This document shows positions 9,493 through 16,666 of a stretch of 22,896 nucleotides of DNA, piece after piece. Numbering within the stretch: position 1 is the stretch's first letter; the number at the start of each line of letters is the position of its first letter. Location: contig MEQL01000012.1 in the NCBI GenBank assembly GCA_001770205.1, forward strand, positions 124,001-146,896. Direction: 5' to 3'. A program made the position numbers and the translations under genes. The DNA is from Bdellovibrionales bacterium RIFOXYD12_FULL_39_22 (GTDB lineage: Bacteria; Bdellovibrionota; Bacteriovoracia; Bacteriovoracales; Bacteriovoracaceae). A model generated the notes under the pieces. The model was given only the letters and a program-made list of their open reading frames with translations, did no database searches and had not been told where the DNA came from.

Positions 9493-10811
9493 TGCAAAAA
9501 GGGCAACGGGTCTTTATCGTAGATTACGATAGCTGCTCTCCACTAGGAATTGGCAACGAAAATATCATGAAATCCATTCATGATAACTATTCTGCCGGAA
9601 ATACTATCACCTCTTTTAGCACGGAAGGATTAGGCGCTACGGGGGCAGCAGAAGTCCGCGGCGACTTGGCAAAAATTTATGCCAATGAATTGCCGCAAAT
9701 AAAAAAAATGGCACACTACGATAAAAAACTTGAACTAATGGTGGCCAACTACCATCTAATGAAAACACGTTTAGAAAAAATGCTAATGCCAATTCCCGAA
9801 GAGAAAAAAGGTGTTATTTTAGGATTAGGATTAGATGTCACTCCCTTGGAAACAATTCAGGCAGAATTTTTTGCCTCTTCTACTAACCCGGCCTGGAATT
9901 ATATCAACGCTATTGAAAAATTAAATTATGGCCAAGGCCGAGTCAATACTCTTCTTAACCCACTAGACATCTCTGCCATCTACTTGGCCGAAAAACTAGG
10001 TCTGGCCGCTTTTCAAAAAACTATTTTGACTGCCTGTACGGCCTCAACGCAAGCAATTATCTACGCAACGCGAGCTCTACAAACTGGCGAGGTAGAAGCA
10101 GTTCTGGCCGGTGGAACTGATTCGATAATTAACTTGATGGCCTATTTGGCCTTCGGCAAACTCGGCGTTATGTCTACCTCTTCAGAACATCCCTCTAAAT
10201 ATTGCAAACCGTTAGATCTCGCACGCAGAGGAACGCTTATTGGAGAAGCGGCAGGCCTTTCTCTGTTGGCAAATGAGGAGGCGGTTAGCAAATATTCTTT
10301 GCCCACAAAATTTGAAATAATCGGTATGGGGAACACTCTGGATGGATATAAAATTACTGCCCCGGACCCCAAAGGCCTTGGCATGAAAGCGGCCATAGGT
10401 AATGCTGTGGCCTCCGCCCAAATTTCTGCTGAGCAAATTGACTATATAAATCTGCATGGTACTGGCACATTATCCAACGATGAAATAGAGCTACAATCTA
10501 TTGTCGAACTTTTTGAGGAAAAAGCGGCCAACATTTCTGTTAGTTCTACTAAATCACGACATGGCCATGCCATTGCCGCCGCAGGCATTCAAGAATTTAA
10601 TTTATTAATGAGTTGTATGGAAGAAAATATTGTCCCCTATAATCTCAACTTAGAAAACCCTATCAGTGTTACTCACCCCATTGATATCGTTATGCATGAA
10701 AATAAAAAGAAAAACTTAAACATTGGAATGACTAATAATTTTGCCTTTGGCGGCGTTAACAGTTCTATTATTATAAAGAAAGTTAGTTATGGATCTAGCA
10801 TTACAAAATAA
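9492..10811 (+). CDS. Beta-ketoacyl-ACP synthase (FabF-like), catalytically intact
   Basis: TACTAST (Cys), INLHGTGT (His), KSRHGHAIAAAG (His), GEAAG and NNFAFGGVN. TAATG overlap with the upstream gene. Confidence 0.93.
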   Translation: MQKGQRVFIVDYDSCSPLGIGNENIMKSIHDNYSAGNTITSFSTEGLGATGAAEVRGDLAKIYANELPQIKKMAHYDKKLELMVANYHLMKTRLEKMLMPIPEEKKGVILGLGLDVTPLETIQAEFFASSTNPAWNYINAIEKLNYGQGRVNTLLNPLDISAIYLAEKLGLAAFQKTILTACTASTQAIIYATRALQTGEVEAVLAGGTDSIINLMAYLAFGKLGVMSTSSEHPSKYCKPLDLARRGTLIGEAAGLSLLANEEAVSKYSLPTKFEIIGMGNTLDGYKITAPDPKGLGMKAAIGNAVASAQISAEQIDYINLHGTGTLSNDEIELQSIVELFEEKAANISVSSTKSRHGHAIAAAGIQEFNLLMSCMEENIVPYNLNLENPISVTHPIDIVMHENKKKNLNIGMTNNFAFGGVNSSIIIKKVSYGSSITK

Positions 10812-11550
10812 AATTGTGGCCATCACCGGATGTAATGGCGGTATCGGAGTTGCAGCAACTATCTCCTTTTTAAAAGAAGGAGCAAAAGTCGTTGGACTAT
10901 ATCGAGAGTCAATCTCCAAACTTTCAGAAATTTTTACCCGCATTAGCGAATTGGGCCTTAACGAAAAGCATTTTATGCCTATTGAAGTTGACATCAATTC
11001 CACCACTTCCATCCAAGAGGCCATAAAAAAAATCATAGCAGAATGGGGACAAATTGATGTTTTAGTAAATAATGCTGGTGCCACACTGGAAACACCATTT
11101 TTGGCCTTAAACGATGATGATTTTGAATCCATCTATGTATCCAATTTTTCCTCGCTGGCAAAAGTTAGCCGAGAAGTGGGAAAAATCATGATGCGACAAA
11201 AATTTGGTAACATAATCAATGTCTCTTCCTTGGTATCTGAACGCTTTGGCCGAGGAGTATCTGTCTATGCGGCCATGAAAGCGGCGGTTAACCGACTAAC
11301 CGAAGTAATGGCCTTAGAGATGGGGAAAAAAAATATTCGGGTTAACGCTGTATGCCCTGGTGTCGTCGAAACATCTATGAGCAATGCCCTTCAGGAGCGA
11401 CACGGCCAGATGCTAATTGAGCAAACCCCACTTAGACGGTTTGCTTCTCCCGAAGAAGTTGCCCACAGCATTTTGTTTTTATCTTCTGAGGCCACCGCCT
11501 CTTTTATAACTGGTAGTAAACTTTTTATAGACGGCGGTATACGCCTGTAA
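10789..11550 (+). CDS. 3-oxoacyl-ACP reductase (FabG-like SDR)
   Basis: TGCNGGIG Rossmann motif, LVNNAG, NVSS, YAAMK catalytic YxxxK, IRVNAVCPG and FITG...IDGG. Confidence 0.92.
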   Translation: MDLALQNKIVAITGCNGGIGVAATISFLKEGAKVVGLYRESISKLSEIFTRISELGLNEKHFMPIEVDINSTTSIQEAIKKIIAEWGQIDVLVNNAGATLETPFLALNDDDFESIYVSNFSSLAKVSREVGKIMMRQKFGNIINVSSLVSERFGRGVSVYAAMKAAVNRLTEVMALEMGKKNIRVNAVCPGVVETSMSNALQERHGQMLIEQTPLRRFASPEEVAHSILFLSSEATASFITGSKLFIDGGIRL

Positions 11551-11567
11551 CCTTTTCGTGAGGAAAT

Positions 11568-11957
11568 ATGGAACAAAATGTAATTTTTGAAAAAGTTAGA
11601 CAAGCACTTATTTCTAGTTGCAGACTTTCATCCGCAGATATCATTCCAGAAAAAACCTTAATTGAAGATCTTAATATAGACTCAATTGATCTGATCGATC
11701 TGCTTTACACTTTAGAGAAGGATTTCAACATTAGCATGAAGATAAGTGAATTTGAGACCTACGCAAAATCGGCCATTGGTGACAAACCTTTTGCGATAAA
11801 TAATATCGTTACCCCCGAAGGCCTAGAATCACTACGAAAAACGATGCCAGAAATACCTGCAGACAAAATTACTCCAGGCCTTTCGGTTGCCAAAATCCCC
11901 TACCTCTTATCCGTGCAATCACTTTGCAACATAGTAGAAAAAAAACTACAAAACTAG
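11568..11957 (+). CDS. Acyl carrier protein, long form (129 aa)
   Basis: LIEDLNIDSIDLIDLLYTLEKDFNI phosphopantetheine-site helix II pattern, terminal SVQSLCNIVEKKL helix, and GAGGA SD upstream. Confidence 0.88.
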   Translation: MEQNVIFEKVRQALISSCRLSSADIIPEKTLIEDLNIDSIDLIDLLYTLEKDFNISMKISEFETYAKSAIGDKPFAINNIVTPEGLESLRKTMPEIPADKITPGLSVAKIPYLLSVQSLCNIVEKKLQN

Positions 11958-11967
11958 CATACTCAAT

Positions 11968-13113
11968 ATGGTAAATATATATCGCCTAAAAACCAATCGC
12001 ACCCTTTTTTCCTTCGGAGAAAATATCGGGGCAGTACCAGTGGGCGATAGCACTTTGAAAGACTTTCAAGAAAAAATTGTCCACGAGGCCGGCATGACAT
12101 TACGAGAAGCAACATGCCCTGAGCAAATTGGTGATGACGATTTTTTGGCCTTTGAAGATGATCTTCTCTTCACTAAAGATTTTTTGCTGGCCGTTTTAAA
12201 CCTCCTTTCAACTCAAAATAGTAGTTGTGAATTTTATTTTTCCGACAATACTTTTAATCGTCGCTTCCTTCTTCCCTTCACCAATGACAAGCAATGGCAC
12301 TGGACATACGCTTTTCGCTACTACAAAAAAAAAGGCCCTTCTTTTTTAAAAATTTTGATCCCCCAAAAAATTTTTGAAAACCATATAAAACTTCCCTCTC
12401 AAATTGTTCCTTCCGGCAAATACCATGTAGACCAATGCGCAATCTGGATCTCAAAAATGGCATCTCCCTTTCACCTCCTTTACGCTAACTTGGCACTAAA
12501 TTTAGGACGGGCCATCAGCATACAAAACAAAATACCGCCATCTCTAACGCAGATTTTTTTTCCTCTCAACTCTCGTCCCTATTTTTGGGCGCTTCGTCGC
12601 TTAAATAAATTTGGCAAGCGAAATAAAATTCATCCCTCCGCAATTTTAGAAGGAGTAGAACTGGGCGATGATGTTACTATTGGTGCCAACTGCGTTGTGC
12701 GTATGAGCAAGCTGTGCTCCGGCACGACCTTAGAAGACAATGTAGTGATTAACTACTCCATCCTCGGTTGCAATAACTTTGTTTCTGCTGGCAATTTTAT
12801 TAATCTATGTATGAGTTATGAAAATGTGTTCTTGATTCATGGCCCCTATCAATTTTCCATTTTTGGCAAAAATGTGGCCGTCATGGCCGTAATAAATTGT
12901 GATATCAGATTGGATAACCAAGAAATAACCATTCCTACCAACGCCGGAATGATAAACTCAAGACAGCACTTACTCGGTATTGCCTATGGACATTATGCCG
13001 TGGTGGGGGCCGGAAATATTATTGCGCCTGGAAGAATTGTTCCCAATAGACTAAAGCTTCCACCGCCTGACAACATATTAACGACTAAATTCAAACAAGA
13101 GGTGCCTCTTTGA
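11968..13113 (+). CDS. Hexapeptide-repeat (left-handed beta-helix) protein, putative acyltransferase, with uncharacterised N-terminal domain
   Basis: NKIHPSAILEGVELGDDVTIGANCVV...TTLEDNVVINYSILGCNNFV and YGHYAVVGAGNIIAPGRIVP are LpxA/LpxD/GlmU-type hexapeptide repeats. Confidence 0.75.
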   Translation: MVNIYRLKTNRTLFSFGENIGAVPVGDSTLKDFQEKIVHEAGMTLREATCPEQIGDDDFLAFEDDLLFTKDFLLAVLNLLSTQNSSCEFYFSDNTFNRRFLLPFTNDKQWHWTYAFRYYKKKGPSFLKILIPQKIFENHIKLPSQIVPSGKYHVDQCAIWISKMASPFHLLYANLALNLGRAISIQNKIPPSLTQIFFPLNSRPYFWALRRLNKFGKRNKIHPSAILEGVELGDDVTIGANCVVRMSKLCSGTTLEDNVVINYSILGCNNFVSAGNFINLCMSYENVFLIHGPYQFSIFGKNVAVMAVINCDIRLDNQEITIPTNAGMINSRQHLLGIAYGHYAVVGAGNIIAPGRIVPNRLKLPPPDNILTTKFKQEVPL

Positions 13114-14162
13114 AGCGACTAACCATTTTAGGCGCCACCGGCTACACCGGAACTCTTATTTGCCAACTCTTAGAGGAAAAAAAAATTCCTTTCACTGCCG
13201 CTGTACGAAGTCTTGAAAAACTCCCCTTCTATAATCAGTTAAAAGCATCTGTTAAAGTTGATCTGGCCAACCTAAATGAAATAACTCAACTTCTAAAACA
13301 AACCGATATCTTGGTAAATTGTGTAGGGCCCTATTCTCTCTTTGGGCCGATACTAATGAAGGAGTTGCGCAAATATCCTATTTACTATCTGGATCTCTCT
13401 GGGGAGCAAAGTTTTGTTAAAAACTCTCTTGATCAACACCTTCCAAATAGTGCTTACATTATTCACTCTTGTTCTTTTGAGTCGGCACTCGTTGATCTTT
13501 TGGCCTTTAACTTTCTGGATTCTAAAAAAAATTACCATCTCATCAATTCCTTTTACTATTTTGATTCAGCAAATCCTTCTCGTGGCACTCGCTTTACAAT
13601 GAAAGTTCATGGATACTTTGACCAATTTGCTATTAATCACGGCCAGCTAATAAAAATTACACGGCCTTTTGCTCTCAACTCTCTTAACTTTCCTCAACTA
13701 GAAAATTTAACCTCAGCGCTCTTCACTCCTTATCCCGAAGTTTTATTTTTTCATAAAAACTTTCAAGTGCAAGAATGTGGAAGTTTCTTGATAATGGATG
13801 AAGCGATGATTCAATTTGCGCTGGCGCGCACCAACCACGCCCCTCCGCCTCTTGAGAGTGTGGTGGCAAAATTAGCAAACACTCAACTATCTGGGCCGGC
13901 CCCCGAAGTTCGTCAAAAGCAATTTTTTCGCATCTTCATAATGGCCGAAGAAGCGGCCGGGGTAAAAAAACTAATATCCCTTGCAGGATATGATATGTAT
14001 GGAATAACTGCCAAACTTGCCGTACAGGCCGCAGAGTTTTTATTAATAGGTGATAAAAAATTAGGCCAAACAGTTTCTCCGGCAGAAGCATTTCATGCCG
14101 ATGGCCTACTTCAAAAAATTACTCACGATGCCAATCTAAGCTCTTCATCGATTTGCTTATAG
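13110..14162 (+). CDS. Saccharopine dehydrogenase-like NAD(P)-binding oxidoreductase (candidate trans-acting enoyl reductase)
   Basis: ILGATGYTG, LVNCVGPYSLFG, YLDLSGE and CSFES motifs. TTG start overlaps the upstream stop (TTGA) and follows an AGAGGTG SD. Confidence 0.82.
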   Translation: MKRLTILGATGYTGTLICQLLEEKKIPFTAAVRSLEKLPFYNQLKASVKVDLANLNEITQLLKQTDILVNCVGPYSLFGPILMKELRKYPIYYLDLSGEQSFVKNSLDQHLPNSAYIIHSCSFESALVDLLAFNFLDSKKNYHLINSFYYFDSANPSRGTRFTMKVHGYFDQFAINHGQLIKITRPFALNSLNFPQLENLTSALFTPYPEVLFFHKNFQVQECGSFLIMDEAMIQFALARTNHAPPPLESVVAKLANTQLSGPAPEVRQKQFFRIFIMAEEAAGVKKLISLAGYDMYGITAKLAVQAAEFLLIGDKKLGQTVSPAEAFHADGLLQKITHDANLSSSSICL

Positions 14163-14172
14163 GCCGATTTTG

Positions 14173-14595
14173 CTATGGGATAGCTAATTCGGGTAAAATC
14201 ACAATTCCTTGAATTTTTTGCCGCGCAATTATATTGCCCATAGATTCCACTCCCTTTAATTCAGGTAGTGAATGAACACGTAACGTCTCAGGGGCAGAGG
14301 GAGCATCTAAAACAATCTTCTTATTGCCTACCAAAATGGAATCTACATCTTCAATATATAAAACTTCACCATTTGCAACAAAAATCTTAATAGCGGCCAT
14401 GGATGCGCGCTTACCGGCGCCGGTTAACTCGCCAGCTAAAATTTTATATCCCGACTCCTCCAAATGGATAACATCGATACCACTTCGAAGTAAAACATTT
14501 CTTACTGCCTGGCCAGCACCTGTTAATTCACCTCCAAAACTCTCCATAGAAAAGATAACTAACAAAATCAAGAGCGATAAAATTACTTTTTTCAT
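14173..14595 (-). CDS. Small secreted hypothetical protein with duplicated GELTGAG motif
   Basis: Sec signal peptide MKKVILSLLILLVIFSMESFG and an ATGA overlap with the upstream regulator. Confidence 0.75.
   Translation of the reverse strand: MKKVILSLLILLVIFSMESFGGELTGAGQAVRNVLLRSGIDVIHLEESGYKILAGELTGAGKRASMAAIKIFVANGEVLYIEDVDSILVGNKKIVLDAPSAPETLRVHSLPELKGVESMGNIIARQKIQGIVILPELAIP
14413..14532 (-). repeat. Intragenic peptide repeat GELTGAG x2 (14512-14532 and 14413-14433)
   Basis: Codons GGT GAA TTA ACA GGT GCT GGC versus GGC GAG TTA ACC GGC GCC GGT encode the same peptide. Confidence 0.85.
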
Positions 14596-15389
14596 TGTAA
14601 GACTCCAGGTTTTTTAGAAGACTCAATGGTATCTGCTAAATTGACAGTAAAATATGGAATCATCCCTTGATTACTCTCTTCTTTCATAATGGCCAAAGTC
14701 TTTTTGGCCGCCTCTCTTTGCACATCTTTAATTTTTTTTATTCCATCCTCATTCATTGATTCAGATAGTGTGTAAAAGATATTTTTATTATCACTTAACT
14801 CTTCTGGCTTGTAAAATTCTACCAACTCTTTTAAATGTTTCTTGGCCAAGAAAAGGTCTATGGAAAAATTTTTTTCCTTAGCATGAATCTCTCCGTTATT
14901 ATGAACATTAAGAAAATTGGCCTCTTTTAAAAGATCATACTTTGCCACACCAATTTCGCCAAACATCTCTTTTATTTTTGCCAGTGTTGTCCCACAGCGA
15001 TTAGCGGCCAATTTATAAATTAGATAGCTGGTAGTATCTTTTAACGCCTCATTGATCTCATCAGAAAAAACATATTCTTTGTTGTCAGTATAAACATAAC
15101 CACCAAAGGCCCGATTCAACATCTCTCCCACTGGCCCATCCACAGATTTTAGCAGAGTGGGAACTCTCTTTTCTTTATAGATCGTGCTGATAATGTTTAA
15201 TACCGTATGAGGGGCGGGTTCGTTTTTAGTAGATTGATGAATAATTCGACGTAATGTTGTTGTCCCCACTCCCGACTTTTTGGCCAATCCATTTATGCTC
15301 ATATTTGGATACCGCTCAAAATATTGATTAATTAAAACCTTCAGTTGATCATTTATGGAAGATGTTGGTTGTTGGGTTTCATTTTTCAC
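14592..15389 (-). CDS. TIGR02147/DUF4423-like protein with N-terminal XRE-type helix-turn-helix (putative transcriptional regulator)
   Basis: PNMSINGLAKKSGVGTTTLRRII HTH, a central winged-helix-like segment, and a C-terminal YTLSESMNEDGIKKIKDVQ pattern like DUF4423. GTG start after GAGGG. Family assigned from memory of the pattern, not a search. Confidence 0.7.
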   Translation of the reverse strand: MKNETQQPTSSINDQLKVLINQYFERYPNMSINGLAKKSGVGTTTLRRIIHQSTKNEPAPHTVLNIISTIYKEKRVPTLLKSVDGPVGEMLNRAFGGYVYTDNKEYVFSDEINEALKDTTSYLIYKLAANRCGTTLAKIKEMFGEIGVAKYDLLKEANFLNVHNNGEIHAKEKNFSIDLFLAKKHLKELVEFYKPEELSDNKNIFYTLSESMNEDGIKKIKDVQREAAKKTLAIMKEESNQGMIPYFTVNLADTIESSKKPGVLQ

Positions 15390-15545
15390 AATTATTATTC
15401 CCTCACAACTAACTTTTCCTCCTAATTTAAAAATATAGCAATAATATTTCTCTCCCCCATGCCTTATCGTGGCAATTGTAATATTTTTTTAAATTCTCTC
15501 CTCTTTCCACCAGGTAATTTCTTCACAGCAGTGCCACTTTGTCTC

Positions 15546-16340
15546 CTATCTAAAACGTAATCCGGGACGAACGGGACGCATAGGTGGCAGCGGCCGGGGA
15601 ATAGGCGGTGGCCCGACTTCTCTACCACAAACAGCAGTTTTGACCTTAAAAGTCATTAGCCCACTCATATCCTGGCTATCCAATAATATCATGGCATGGG
15701 CACGAGTGCCTGGAGTTCTGCTCATATCCATTGCTCTAATAACATTTTTTAGTTTTAGTAATACTCGATCCTCTCGATGCCCAATACAATGGCCTTTTAT
15801 CGGAATAACAGTGCGTTGAGAAACAGTCCAATTTTCATCCGTCATACCTCTCCACTTTTTCAAAAAAAATGAATCATCTTTATTAGCACTATTACGCCCA
15901 CCTCCACTCTCCCAAGACTCTAGATGGCTTTTAAATTGAGCAAACGCTCCTTCTTCAGTCATAGTATATCCACGAAAATCAGATGACACTTCTAAGGCAG
16001 AAATAACTCGTCCAGCAGGAACAACTACGGGAATTGCAATATTACATACCTTATGATCAAGCGTTATCATCCCTTTACTTTGAGCAACTGGATTATCGGC
16101 ACTTGCTTCATTATTGTCATTTTCTCCTTTGTACTGAGGAACTTCCGCAATAAAGTCATCAAAAATAATTGTCAGAACTTGCCCATCTGGACTAGTGGTA
16201 ACACTAGATGTCCCCGCGCGACAACCAGTTCCGCGCAACGTGGGATTTTCAAAGCGCATGTTTGCGGCATATCCCAAAGAAGTTGTGAGCAACAACATCC
16301 CACTAAAAACTACCATCATCTTTATAAATTTTTTACACAT
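15546..16340 (-). CDS. Secreted DUF4360-like protein (paralog 1) with Pro/Arg-rich tail
   Basis: Signal peptide, GTGCRAGT...SPDGQVLTIIFDDFIA, KVCNIAIPV and DFRGY. Start at ATG 16340 (AAGGAG SD) or ATG 16385 (AAGGAGG SD). Confidence 0.8.
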   Translation of the reverse strand: MCKKFIKMMVVFSGMLLLTTSLGYAANMRFENPTLRGTGCRAGTSSVTTSPDGQVLTIIFDDFIAEVPQYKGENDNNEASADNPVAQSKGMITLDHKVCNIAIPVVVPAGRVISALEVSSDFRGYTMTEEGAFAQFKSHLESWESGGGRNSANKDDSFFLKKWRGMTDENWTVSQRTVIPIKGHCIGHREDRVLLKLKNVIRAMDMSRTPGTRAHAMILLDSQDMSGLMTFKVKTAVCGREVGPPPIPRPLPPMRPVRPGLRFR

Positions 16341-16460
16341 CCAAATTTCTCCTTGTTCATCGTTTCTTTTGTTTGCCTTCGTCATCTCTCACCGTCCTCC
16401 TTCTTTATTAACTAAAATTTTCACAAAAAAAAACTTCTTCTATAATGTTTGAAAGCATTC

Positions 16461-16506
16461 TGCGCCACTTGGCGCATTTACTCCTAGCAATCGTCCACGT
16501 GGCGCA
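16461..16506. promoter_or_regulatory. Paired operator-like sites between the divergent DUF4360 genes
   Basis: Perfect inverted repeat TGCGCCA-CT-TGGCGCA at 16461-16476 and a second copy CCACGTGGCGCA at 16495-16506, offset by 30 bp. Confidence 0.55.
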
Positions 16507-16666
16507 CTTTTCATTACACGGCAGCAAATTGCAATTGCCGAACGAAAAATTATCAGCGATTTTGTAAGCATGATCAAAATGTGAATTCCAGGAAGGGTTC
16601 GTTTTGATAAAAAACTAAAACCTGGCCGGGAAGACAACGTGGCCTTAACCTTAGGAGGAAAAAATT

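Noticed and set aside
7919..14162. Housekeeping fab operon
   Set aside because: No plsX, fabH or fabD; the ACP is oversized, one KS is catalytically dead, and non-FAS genes are coupled in.
7919..14162. Aryl polyene or ladderane cluster as a firm call
   Set aside because: It lacks the aryl polyene accessory genes (glycosyltransferase, MMPL, LolA-like, ligase, second ACP) and the phytoene-desaturase-like gene of anammox clusters. The similarity is architectural only.
15464..15491. Sigma28 (FliA)-like promoter TAAA-N16-CACGATAA upstream of the DUF4423-like gene
   Set aside because: The spacer is one base off consensus, the -10 has mismatches and the -35 lies in an A-run, so it is too weak to call.
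16386..16666. Sigma54 promoter, and the short ORF 16440-16637
   Set aside because: The GG...GC candidates have 8, 9 or 12 nt spacing rather than 10. The ORF has no coding hallmarks and spans the regulatory region.
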